From the IMG/VR virus record IMGVR_UViG_3300042691_030776: 64,000 bases of DNA. One strand, 5' to 3'. Source of the stretch: a virus. Both the position numbers and the translations under genes were made by a program. Below the pieces are notes generated by a model. That model was not told the DNA's origin. It was given only the letters and a program-made list of their open reading frames with translations, and made no database searches. The number at the start of each line of letters is the position of its first letter. Positions within the stretch are counted from its first letter, which is position 1. Below, piece after piece: positions 1 through 8,448 of this stretch.

Positions 1-609
1 TTTGATCAAGCGAGTTACCTCGTCTCTCAAATACCTCTGTACCTTGCTGTCCTCACCAGCATCTTTGGCCATTTCTAACACTCGATGACCATATTTCATG
101 TTCATCAGTCCTTCGTAAACAGCTTGGGGATATGCGTTGGGCGCACTGGGTTGGGCAACAACATCGACAGTGACGATTTCAAAGTCACTGACTTGTCCAT
201 TGGCCTCGTTAACGTTTCCGCTACCGCGACTTGAAACTCCTAACTTCACACCACTCTCTAACATGGTGCGTACCAAATTACCCATTGGTGTGGGAAGAAT
301 CTTTAACTTACCAAATCCGTTAGGACCATCCATCCACATATTAACTATCATGTGGCTGCAACGATCTAAGTTGATTTTAAGGTCATCTGGGTGATCTACT
401 TCGCCAAGAACTGAATGTCCTTCGTCGATCTGTTTGTTCAGTGTTGTCACTGCACGTTCAATCTCGCTCACAGGATACACACGCTCATTGGCGTTTTTGA
501 CTCCACCTTGGATGCAGATACCTTTCATATAAAGGTCCTTACCATCGACGCCCTCAACAACTATGCGAGCGGCGTCGAAAGTAAGGTGTTCTCTTAGGTA
601 ACGAGCCAT
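1..609 (-). CDS. gp21: Prohead core protein protease, T4 gp21-like (3' end runs off the window)
   Basis: Not in ORF track; manual translation from ATG at 609: MARYLREHLTFD...KGICIQGGVKNANERVYP...LGEVDHP...KLGVSSRGSG...VDVVAQPSAPNAYP, the T4 gp21 motifs (GExDHP, GVSSRG). Sits downstream of portal and core genes. Confidence 0.93.
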   Translation of the reverse strand, partial: MARYLREHLTFDAARIVVEGVDGKDLYMKGICIQGGVKNANERVYPVSEIERAVTTLNKQIDEGHSVLGEVDHPDDLKINLDRCSHMIVNMWMDGPNGFGKLKILPTPMGNLVRTMLESGVKLGVSSRGSGNVNEANGQVSDFEIVTVDVVAQPSAPNAYPQAVYEGLMNMKYGHRVLEMAKDAGEDSKVQRYLRDEVTRLIK

Positions 610-627
610 AACCTTGAACTGAACCTA

Positions 628-1470
628 TTAGTAAGGGCTCTTGGTGTTAACACCAGTGGCCTGTGCTAAATGTGGCTTGGTAGCAGGACTCTGCTTGACT
701 GTGCTCTTTGCAGGAGCATTTTGAACTTCACCAGTCATCATATCCTTGGCTGTAGGAGCTGGGCGACCTTTTTCGTCAGCACCGTGACTCATTACAGGCT
801 TGCCATCCATGCCTTTTGCACCGCTGTTGGCAGCAACAGTAGACTTCTTGTTGATATTACCTTCTTCTGACTTAACAGGAGCAGGAGCGGCTTTTAAGTT
901 GATGGCTTCTTCTAGCTCGGTGCCTTCCATGGTCTCAATCTCTGAGTCCATTTCTTCTTCACCGCCAGGGCCCATGCCGTCGGTTTCGATGTCATCGCTA
1001 CCAACTTCAATGTCCATTTCGTCTTCGCCTTCTTGGCCATCGTCGCCCATTAGAGCTTCAAATTCTGCCATGAGTTCGTCGAGTTTGTCTTCTAGATCAA
1101 CTACACGATCTTCTAGATCGCCACCTTCTTCGTCGGCCATTCCGCCTTCGTCATCGCCTTCCATTGAAAGGCCTTGTTCTTCAGTTTCGATGTCATCGAT
1201 CAATGAATCGGCTTGATCGCCGCCCATTTCGTCCATGCCTTCGAAACCTTCTTCGAGATCTTCGTCTTCCTCGAGTTCTTCACCTTCTTCAAGGTCCTCG
1301 TCTTTGGCTTCTTCAAGATCTTCGTCTTTGGTTTCTTCAATTTCTTCTTCGGCCATCAGTTCTTCGTAGATACCGCGGCTTTTTTCAACAACGATCTCGT
1401 GGAAAAGATCGCGAGCTTTTTGCTCTTCGTCGTTAATGACGTATTCAATGAGCTGTTCAAATTTATTCAT
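628..1470 (-). CDS. Highly acidic prohead core/scaffold-type protein
   Basis: Start reassigned to MNKFEQ (ATG 1470) behind a GGAGGA RBS; E/D-rich with repeated DLEE; lies between portal and protease (T4 gp67/gp68 position). Confidence 0.65.
   Translation of the reverse strand: MNKFEQLIEYVINDEEQKARDLFHEIVVEKSRGIYEELMAEEEIEETKDEDLEEAKDEDLEEGEELEEDEDLEEGFEGMDEMGGDQADSLIDDIETEEQGLSMEGDDEGGMADEEGGDLEDRVVDLEDKLDELMAEFEALMGDDGQEGEDEMDIEVGSDDIETDGMGPGGEEEMDSEIETMEGTELEEAINLKAAPAPVKSEEGNINKKSTVAANSGAKGMDGKPVMSHGADEKGRPAPTAKDMMTGEVQNAPAKSTVKQSPATKPHLAQATGVNTKSPY
1298..1340. repeat. 24-nt-period coding direct repeat (KDEDLEE units)
   Basis: tcgtctttgg(c/t)ttcttcaa at 1298-1316 and 1322-1340. Confidence 0.7.
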
Positions 1471-1501
1471 AAGATTCCTCCAAAGTAATGGCTCTGTGTG
1501 A

Positions 1502-1507
1502 TATTTA
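1502..1507 (-). promoter_or_regulatory. T4-type late promoter core TAAATA
   Basis: TATTTA on plus strand in the intergenic gap upstream of the acidic core gene. Confidence 0.6.
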
Positions 1508-1584
1508 CGACACACGGTAAAATCTATGTGGTTTATGGGGTAAAAGTGGTAGAAAATGAACTTTCTACCAAGATAAGACCTGCG

Positions 1585-1803
1585 TTACAGAGGTGGCGCG
1601 GCAGGGGGCATGTACTGACGTTTGACGTCTTTGAGTTTTTCCTTATACTCAAATGTGCGCACATCGTTCATCCTGCGCAGTTTGTTTATCTGGCGCAGTG
1701 TGAGTTTTGTCTTGCGTAGTTGCCCAAGCTGAGGCTGTGAGTTATCATCTTCGACATCTTGATAACCCGCAGGATCTTTGTGGAAAAACTCAAGTAGCAA
1801 CAT
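1585..1803 (-). CDS. Small basic head-module protein (72 aa)
   Basis: ORF between portal and core gene with its own TAAATA 7 nt upstream; RKTKLTLRQINKLRRM basic motif. Confidence 0.7.
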   Translation of the reverse strand: MLLLEFFHKDPAGYQDVEDDNSQPQLGQLRKTKLTLRQINKLRRMNDVRTFEYKEKLKDVKRQYMPPAAPPL

Positions 1804-1810
1804 AGTGTAT

Positions 1811-1816
1811 TATTTA
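1811..1816 (-). promoter_or_regulatory. Late promoter core TAAATA (7 nt before ATG)
   Basis: Minus strand TAAATA-atacact-ATG. Confidence 0.65.
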
Positions 1817-3610
1817 TTAGATCGTGGGCAGAGGAGCGGCCACACCGCCTGCAGGTGATACCCCACCCGGAGCAGGAGCGCCTGGCGCTATGGCACCTGG
1901 AACAGCAATACCGCCTTCGGGTGCGCCACCAGCGGCAGCAACTTCTTCACCAGCGCCAAGATCGGATTCAATATCAGCAGGACTGATGCCCACTGAACGC
2001 AGATCTTGACCGCTTTGTGTTTGCAGTTCGGGTTGATCGCGCTCTTCTTTCCAAAGCTGTTCGTTATCATTGATCTCTTCTTCAGATAGTCCAAGATACC
2101 GCTTCATCAAGAAACGCTTGCTCATGTACGGCAGTTGTTCTAGACCTTGGAATGCTGTCATCCTTGTGGTATCTAGTTCTGCTTGGCGATAAGAAGCAAA
2201 GTTTTGTGGTGGTGCAAACGTGATATTAAACAGGCTTGCATCAATGTTAAAGCCTCTCCAGCGCAGGAACATCTTGAACTCGTCATCTAGTTTCTGACAA
2301 ATTTGTCGTTGTAAACGCTCGCAGTACTGGTTAAAACGATATTCTTGTATCAGTGCTGTGCCCACACGCCCGTCATTCATGGGACGGTCTGAGTCATCTG
2401 GTCCCGTGGGCAAGTAACTGCTTGGCACACGCAGGCCACGACACATCTTGTTGTTAAAGTATTTTAAGTCGTCAATCTCACCCAAATTCTGCCCACCTTG
2501 CAGTGTGGTCACGTCTGATCCGCGACCTTCGGCTGTTTGTGGAAAGAAATAGTCTTCGTTGATACTCAATGGGTTGTAAGTAGTGTCAAGTACATTTTCT
2601 CTGCCACCAGTGTTTGATGGTATCCTGCGCTGATGTATTTCGTTTTTCACACGCTCAACAAACTGCATGGCCAGGTGGCTGGGCATGTTGCCCACGTCAA
2701 TCTTGAAAATCCTGCGCTCTGGAGCACGTGATATGCGATAGATCAAGATGGCATCTTCCAGCAGTTCTTTCTGCTTGAATACCTTGAAAATCATCTCTAG
2801 AATGCTTTGCCCAAATGGCCAATAGTAATCTAATCCTTCAGACAGACTGAGATGTATCACATGTTTGGCATCAATGCAGGTTTCATTCACTGAACGTTGG
2901 AAACGACTCTGTCCCGACGAGTTGGGTGCGTTGGGTGCGGTGTAGTTGTAAGGAGCTGAATACCCGCCCGAAGGAGGTTGTGTGTTATAATCGTTGGTGG
3001 TCTTGGCTGCAATGGCCAGACTCTGGAAGTTGGGATTGATGTCACGTATCACATACTGCTCAGGACGCTTGCCTTCTGATTCATTGACGATCACACGAGC
3101 AACTTTGGTCATGTCTACCCAGAACATTTCAAAGGTTTCTGGATCACGCACAAACACCTGATCGCCGTACTTGAGAACGTTGCGGAACATCTTGAATATA
3201 CGATTGTCAAACTTATTGAGTTTGACCCACTGCTGTAGCTGTTTCTTGATGATTTCCACCTCGTGATCAGTGGGCTTGTCAGTAAAGTTTACTTCAAATG
3301 GTGTGTTGTTAGATTCGCAGGTCTGGGTAGAAAATTCTGCCAGGATGTCCAGGCAGGCATTGATTTCTGAGTCGCCATCCATGTTTTCGTATTGATTGTA
3401 GCGTTCCATACGATTGGGATGGCCCACATAGACCTCAGGCAGTCTGCTGGCATAGTTGCGGAAGGCAAACTCTGTTTGTGCTTGACCATCTGTTCCAAAA
3501 CCTGTACCGTAGTTTGGTCCGCGAGGAATATTGCCCGAAATAGGGCTCATCTGGCCAGCTGTGTTAGCTACCTTGAAATATTTTTTCCAACCTTTTTTGT
3601 CTTCTGCCAT
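1817..3610 (-). CDS. gp20: Portal protein, T4 gp20-like
   Basis: LEDAILIYRISRAPERRIFKIDVGNMP, EDYFFP, TLQGGQNLGEIDDLKYF motifs typical of T4 gp20. Confidence 0.96.
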   Translation of the reverse strand: MAEDKKGWKKYFKVANTAGQMSPISGNIPRGPNYGTGFGTDGQAQTEFAFRNYASRLPEVYVGHPNRMERYNQYENMDGDSEINACLDILAEFSTQTCESNNTPFEVNFTDKPTDHEVEIIKKQLQQWVKLNKFDNRIFKMFRNVLKYGDQVFVRDPETFEMFWVDMTKVARVIVNESEGKRPEQYVIRDINPNFQSLAIAAKTTNDYNTQPPSGGYSAPYNYTAPNAPNSSGQSRFQRSVNETCIDAKHVIHLSLSEGLDYYWPFGQSILEMIFKVFKQKELLEDAILIYRISRAPERRIFKIDVGNMPSHLAMQFVERVKNEIHQRRIPSNTGGRENVLDTTYNPLSINEDYFFPQTAEGRGSDVTTLQGGQNLGEIDDLKYFNNKMCRGLRVPSSYLPTGPDDSDRPMNDGRVGTALIQEYRFNQYCERLQRQICQKLDDEFKMFLRWRGFNIDASLFNITFAPPQNFASYRQAELDTTRMTAFQGLEQLPYMSKRFLMKRYLGLSEEEINDNEQLWKEERDQPELQTQSGQDLRSVGISPADIESDLGAGEEVAAAGGAPEGGIAVPGAIAPGAPAPGGVSPAGGVAAPLPTI

Positions 3611-3617
3611 AGTGCTA

Positions 3618-3623
3618 TATTTA
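3618..3623 (-). promoter_or_regulatory. Late promoter core TAAATA (7 nt before portal ATG)
   Basis: Minus strand TAAATA-tagcact-ATG. Confidence 0.65.
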
Positions 3624-3626
3624 CCG

Positions 3627-6062
3627 TTAGCCTGTGGTGGCTCGGTATATCTTGTGTTGTGTATCTACGCTGGACTGCAGGAGATCGATCATCTGATCAA
3701 ATCGATTCAGTTGCTGACTCATTATGGTGACTTGTTCACCAATCTTATCTGTCATACCAGTCATTTCAACTGGAATGCTACGTCCTCCGGGCAATGGTAC
3801 CACTGCTTCAGTGCCGTGTAAAAGCGTGGGATATCCTGATTTGGGCCCGGATACCACACCACCGTAGGCCAGTTCGGCATGGAAGTGCCCACCTGTGGTA
3901 TATCTATTCCTATCTGCAAAATACTCATCTTTGACCGAAGCAAAGCCCAAGGATTGTACACTGCGTTTGATATCTGCGGCTTGTCTTGGATCCATAGGAG
4001 GCGGATTGGTAACAAAATCCAAGGCCAGGCCTCGAGTATGCTTGCTGTTTGGATGATTGACCTGATGGTACATGTCGTTGAGTGCTGTAAACTTGGCACC
4101 AGGGTACATCTCTTGTATCTTCTTGGCAAGTTCTAACAATCTAGGATCGGCTGATCCACCCGCAATAGATTCTGGACTCTTGATATTCAGGCTAGCCAAT
4201 ATATCTGCTGTGCCTCCAGAAGACTGCGGACCAGGGGCGGCAGGGGCAGCCGGGGCGGCAGGGGCCGACGATGGTGTGCCAGTGACACCGCGACCAGCCT
4301 GTCTACGAGCTGTTTCTTCACGTGCTCGAGCTCGTTCAGCTTCTCTCTGTGCTTGATGCGCTCTAAGTCTGTCTTCTCTGGTAGCTCCTGGAGCCCTGGC
4401 TCGTTCATTTGCTTCTTGTGCTGAGCGTTCGGCTTGTGCTCTTGCCTGCGCGGCATCAGTTGTTGTAGGTACATTACTAGTAGGCGCAGTGGGTGCGACA
4501 CCAGTTGGTTTCTTGACTCCTAAAAGTTCTGCAAGTTTTTCAGCACCTGCGGCTAATACTTCGGTGAGTTGCCGCACGTTTTTGGCCATGGTAGGAAATA
4601 GTTTTTTCATCACTATTTCGTCTAGTTGTACCGCAAAGTCTCTTAGAGACTTTTGTGCTTGCACAAGATTATCTATGTTTTCTCCTGTGGCCTTGGCATC
4701 TTTCTCTTGCTCTTTAGTAGCTTTTCCTATAGACTCAGCGTTAAAATCTTGTGCTTTGTCAAGTCGGCGCATACCTACCAGCATTGGGTCTAACACCGTT
4801 CCTAGTTTACCAACTCTGCGTTCAAACTCATCTGCTCCCAGAGCATTTCGCGTTTCGCGCACTGCGGCTTGGAACTGACGCATGGCTTCGGCTGATGTAA
4901 TCTGTCCGTTTTCTAACTGTTCCGCAATGATGGCTGCGCGGTTGTTGGTTGCGGCCATGAGTGCTTGACTTCGCTCAGTGGTGGCACCTCCAAAAATGTC
5001 TTTAAATCCTTCGGCGATTTCTTTACTGCCTTGCTTTTCAAGCATCATGGCAGTATCCTCTATAGCTTTTTTAGTTCCTTTTTGTTCAGCTATAGCCAAG
5101 GTAGCACCAAATCGCAGTTCTCTGCTCATGGCTTCAAGTTCGTTGGCTACTTTGTCTCTGCTTTGCCCTGTGAGTCTGGCTAGTTCGTCAACTTGTTCAA
5201 GATATTTCCTGTTGGCTTCACTGAGTGCTTTTGTATCTTGAAGATTTAGTTTAGTTGTGTTACGTTGAGTGGCTAAAAATCTAGCAGAAAACTCGCTCTG
5301 CTGTTCAAAGCTGAATCCCAGTTTCAAAAACTTATCTTCAAACTCTGTGCCGGCAGTTGTGATCTGTTTGAGTACACGAGCACCACCACTCACTGTGATT
5401 CCTGCGGATGCCAGTCCTTCAGCGTTTCGACCAATGAGCTTGGCATACTGATCCATGCTGAGTCCCATGGCTCGAGCACTGTCAGCAAATCCGTCAATGC
5501 TGTCGCCGGCCAGGCCACCAACATTGGCCATTTCTCGGAACGCACCAGACACACGCTGTACTTCGTCCAAGGCAAACTTGCCATACATCTGGGCAAACTC
5601 AACTGCCTCTTGGCCATATTTCTTCATTATGTTGCCGGTGATGCCTGTGATTCCACCAACAACCATGCCGACTATTTTGCCTTTGGGTCCAAGTAACCCA
5701 CTGAAATCACTAATGGCTGAGCCCACAGCAGACAATGCGTCACCAACTTTGCTGGCGCCATATTTGGCTGCTGTGCCAAAAGCATCAACAGCAGGTTTCA
5801 GTGAGCGGAAATCTTCTCTGTTTTCTCTGGCTGCCTGGGCCGCCGACCCCATGTCTTTGGCAAAGGATTTCAGCGTTTTGGCCAGCGTGAGTCGCTGATC
5901 AGTTTCGTCTTCTATGGCTTTTTCTGAATCTTTGAGATCTTTGGTCAGTCCGTTGGCGGCACGACCCAGCTTGAGCAAGGTAGCTGAGCTGAGTGTGGAG
6001 CTGGTTCTGAATTCATCCAGCGCCTGTTTTAATAATTCTGTTGAGTTTTCTATATCAGCCAT
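3627..6062 (-). CDS. Tape-measure-like protein (gp29 position) with C-terminal M15/LAS-type Zn peptidase motif
   Basis: Long Ala/Lys/Gln-rich helical N-terminus; SKHTRGLALDF...GGHFHAEL (H-x6-D, H-x-H); AYGGVVSGP...LHGTEAVVPL tail motif; divergent from gp26. Confidence 0.72.
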   Translation of the reverse strand: MADIENSTELLKQALDEFRTSSTLSSATLLKLGRAANGLTKDLKDSEKAIEDETDQRLTLAKTLKSFAKDMGSAAQAARENREDFRSLKPAVDAFGTAAKYGASKVGDALSAVGSAISDFSGLLGPKGKIVGMVVGGITGITGNIMKKYGQEAVEFAQMYGKFALDEVQRVSGAFREMANVGGLAGDSIDGFADSARAMGLSMDQYAKLIGRNAEGLASAGITVSGGARVLKQITTAGTEFEDKFLKLGFSFEQQSEFSARFLATQRNTTKLNLQDTKALSEANRKYLEQVDELARLTGQSRDKVANELEAMSRELRFGATLAIAEQKGTKKAIEDTAMMLEKQGSKEIAEGFKDIFGGATTERSQALMAATNNRAAIIAEQLENGQITSAEAMRQFQAAVRETRNALGADEFERRVGKLGTVLDPMLVGMRRLDKAQDFNAESIGKATKEQEKDAKATGENIDNLVQAQKSLRDFAVQLDEIVMKKLFPTMAKNVRQLTEVLAAGAEKLAELLGVKKPTGVAPTAPTSNVPTTTDAAQARAQAERSAQEANERARAPGATREDRLRAHQAQREAERARAREETARRQAGRGVTGTPSSAPAAPAAPAAPGPQSSGGTADILASLNIKSPESIAGGSADPRLLELAKKIQEMYPGAKFTALNDMYHQVNHPNSKHTRGLALDFVTNPPPMDPRQAADIKRSVQSLGFASVKDEYFADRNRYTTGGHFHAELAYGGVVSGPKSGYPTLLHGTEAVVPLPGGRSIPVEMTGMTDKIGEQVTIMSQQLNRFDQMIDLLQSSVDTQHKIYRATTG

Positions 6063-6074
6063 AATCTACGTAGA

Positions 6075-6100
6075 TAAGTACAGGAGTACACTAATATTTA
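6075..6100. promoter_or_regulatory. Overlapping divergent late promoters: TAAGTA (+, 6075-6080) and TAAATA (-, 6095-6100)
   Basis: Both cores lie in the 50-nt gap between the tape-measure-like gene and gp26. Confidence 0.55.
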
Positions 6101-6112
6101 TGGTAAGGAAAA

Positions 6113-6955
6113 ATGCCAGAAACTAACAACCCACTACGCAGGTTCTTTAGACAGCCTGCAATTTACATCAAGTTACCATCTGATGGCAACTTCTATCCAC
6201 CCGGCGCGATAGACATGCCGGCCAACAGAGAGTTGCCAGTTTATCCAATGACCGCTATGGACGAAATCACATATCGCACCAGTGACGCACTGTTCAACGG
6301 TGCTGCCATTGCCACTGTGATTTCCAGCTGTGTTCCTGCTATCAAAGACGGTTGGCAGATTCCATCCGTTGACCTTGATACCATTTTAGTTGCCATACGC
6401 ATTGCCAGCTATGGACACGAAATGGAGTTTGAAAGTGTGTGCCCGCACTGTGAACACGAAAACTCATTTGGGCTGGATCTACGCACTGTGATAGATGGTA
6501 TCAAAAGTCCTGACTACAATGCCACAGTCAACATTGGTGACATTGTGATACATTTCAAACCTCTAAGCTATCAACAAGTCAACGCTAACTCCTTGGACCA
6601 GTTCCAGGATCAAAAACTCATAGAAGTCTTGCCTACTGCTGACATGCCTGAAGAAGAAAAAATACAACAGCTCAGCCAGGCCTTTGCCAAACTCACCAAC
6701 ATGACTGTTCGTGCCATGGCACAGAGTATTTCTATGATACAGGCCGACGGTGAGATGGTTGTAGAACCAGAATACATCGAAGAATATATTCGTAACGCTG
6801 AAAAAAGCACATTCGATCAGATAAGAGATCACATGGCAGAGTTGAGAAAATCCACGGATCTAAAACCATTGCACATCACTTGTCAAGGATGTACCAAACC
6901 GTACGAAACTCCATTTACCATGGATGTCTCAAATTTTTTCGTCTCCGCCTCCTGA
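6113..6955 (+). CDS. gp26: Baseplate hub assembly protein / tail assembly chaperone, T4 gp26-like
   Basis: IKLPS.G, PMTAMDE, DLDTILVAIRIASYG, two CxxC pairs (CPHC, CQGC), C-terminal NFF. Confidence 0.8.
   Translation: MPETNNPLRRFFRQPAIYIKLPSDGNFYPPGAIDMPANRELPVYPMTAMDEITYRTSDALFNGAAIATVISSCVPAIKDGWQIPSVDLDTILVAIRIASYGHEMEFESVCPHCEHENSFGLDLRTVIDGIKSPDYNATVNIGDIVIHFKPLSYQQVNANSLDQFQDQKLIEVLPTADMPEEEKIQQLSQAFAKLTNMTVRAMAQSISMIQADGEMVVEPEYIEEYIRNAEKSTFDQIRDHMAELRKSTDLKPLHITCQGCTKPYETPFTMDVSNFFVSAS
6931..6940 (+). other. Putative -1 programmed ribosomal frameshift site AAATTTTTTC
   Basis: In gp26 frame reads A-AAT-TTT and T-TTT-TTC, two overlapping X-XXY-YYZ heptamers, four codons before the gp26 stop. 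Confidence 0.68.
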
Positions 6956-7170
6956 CCTCGAGTCCTGAGCGCATTGCCAAGATAGTTGAAAATCACGACA
7001 AAGAAATCAAAGCTATCCGAGCAGATGTTCTAAAACTGTGTTGGTACATGCGAGGAGGCCTGACATACGAAGAAGCACTGAATCTAAGTTGGACAGAACG
7101 AGAGATCATCAGTGATCTTGTGAAAGACAATCTAGAAACTACCAAAAAAACTGGACTACCACATTTCTAA
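6931..7170 (+). CDS. gp51-like baseplate assembly protein, probably expressed as a -1 frameshift extension of gp26
   Basis: LCWYMRGGLTYEEALNLSWTERE resembles gp51-type motif; no credible own start codon/RBS; open -1 frame through the slippery site. Start given is the slip site. Confidence 0.62.
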   Translation, partial: KFFRLRLLTSSPERIAKIVENHDKEIKAIRADVLKLCWYMRGGLTYEEALNLSWTEREIISDLVKDNLETTKKTGLPHF

Positions 7171-7673
7171 TGAACATAGACCAAGTACGCCAAGACATAG
7201 AAAGTTGGATCAAAAACTTTGTAGAAGTTCCGCATCCGGCTCTGGGCGGTTGGCCACCCTGTCCATATGCAAGACAAGCCAGGCTCAATCGTGAGTATGA
7301 GGTACGAGTTGGTACTAATCCACTGCTGGATCTTGTGCATTTGGCACAAACTGGACTGGGAGATAAAAAGGTCATTGTGTTGGCCTATGATCCAGTGCAA
7401 TGGTCACTTGAAGTTTTTCACAGAGATTTAGAACATGCCAACACAGAGTTTTTACTAGAAAAAGATATTATTGTACTTGAAGACCACCCTGGTGATACTG
7501 AAATAGTCAACGGTGTGTCAATGAATCAGGGCACCTATGCCCTGGCCTTGGTACAGAGTGTGAGCGACTTAGATCAAAAAGCCCAACTCATGGCACGTCG
7601 TGGTTTCTATGACACATGGCCAGAAAACTATCTCAAAGTATTGTTTAACCACAGGAAAGATCCACGCCAATGA
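7170..7673 (+). CDS. Hypothetical protein, DUF1415-like (CPYA and DHP motifs)
   Basis: W-x-x-x-x-V...CPYA...DHP pattern resembles CPFA/FHP of DUF1415-type proteins; TAATG coupling to upstream gene. Confidence 0.45.
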   Translation: MNIDQVRQDIESWIKNFVEVPHPALGGWPPCPYARQARLNREYEVRVGTNPLLDLVHLAQTGLGDKKVIVLAYDPVQWSLEVFHRDLEHANTEFLLEKDIIVLEDHPGDTEIVNGVSMNQGTYALALVQSVSDLDQKAQLMARRGFYDTWPENYLKVLFNHRKDPRQ

Positions 7674-8110
7674 GCTATCAGTTTGCACGTATCGATCTGG
7701 CCAAGACCAACTATGAAGCCACAGTGGAATGGGGGTATCTCATACCCACACCAGAACAGATTGCAGAGTTAGATGAAATCTATAGAACCTACTGCATATA
7801 CAAGCATTTTGCAAGTGTGATGCCTATGTTCCAAAGTCGTTATACTGACCCAATGACCGATGTTATTGGATACTTTGATCAAGGGCGAATGGTAGCATTT
7901 AGTCTGATCCGACGCTACGACGATAAGAATGCCTTGTGCGATCAGTTTGCATGGATCTATCACAATCCCAAACTAAGGCTGGGCGTGGAAACAATGAAAA
8001 CAGAGTGTGCTATTTACAAAGCTCGAGGGTTTGACTATCTCTATCTTGAGCAAGCACATCTCTACAAACAAGAGATAGAAGGATTTGAAATACTAGGACC
8101 AATGAGGTAA
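7670..8110 (+). CDS. GNAT-fold protein resembling the C-terminal domain of Arg/Leu-tRNA-protein transferases (ATE/Bpt)
   Basis: GRMVAFS...LRLG...E...KARGFDYLYL...YK parallels the ATE_C LG...EI...G..Y.YLG...YK pattern. Confidence 0.55.
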   Translation: MSYQFARIDLAKTNYEATVEWGYLIPTPEQIAELDEIYRTYCIYKHFASVMPMFQSRYTDPMTDVIGYFDQGRMVAFSLIRRYDDKNALCDQFAWIYHNPKLRLGVETMKTECAIYKARGFDYLYLEQAHLYKQEIEGFEILGPMR

Positions 8111-8112
8111 CA

Positions 8113-8448
8113 ATGGCAGATTTATACACAATATGGGCCAACAAAGAAGGTGACATCAGCGACATAGACTGGGTCAATGGCATGAAAAGTTTCTTTGATC
8201 ATTTGATCAGCGAAGGCAAGATGGAAAGCTACAGAATCACTCGTTGCAAGATGGGGTTTCGTAGCATTGCCGACATGCCTGAATGGATGATCATAATGGA
8301 GTTCAAGGACATGGGTCAAATGGATTCAGCATTCCGTCGTGTTGCTCCATTAGAAGGAGAACTCGAAACAAAACACAAGTCATTCAATCAGTTTGTTGCT
8401 GGCGATATACAACACGCATTGTTCCGTGATTGGCCAGATCAGTTCTAA
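8113..8448 (+). CDS. Small dimeric alpha/beta-barrel-like protein (DUF6614-like)
   Basis: YTIW...L..EGKMESYRITRCKMGF...PEW.I.MEF....Q.D.AF...H...ALFRDWPD pattern; GAGG RBS. Confidence 0.55.
   Translation: MADLYTIWANKEGDISDIDWVNGMKSFFDHLISEGKMESYRITRCKMGFRSIADMPEWMIIMEFKDMGQMDSAFRRVAPLEGELETKHKSFNQFVAGDIQHALFRDWPDQF

Noticed and set aside
6880-6930. Annotated TTG/ATG start for the gp51-like ORF
   Set aside because: Lies inside gp26 coding sequence with no convincing RBS; the N-terminal residues look like off-frame sequence.
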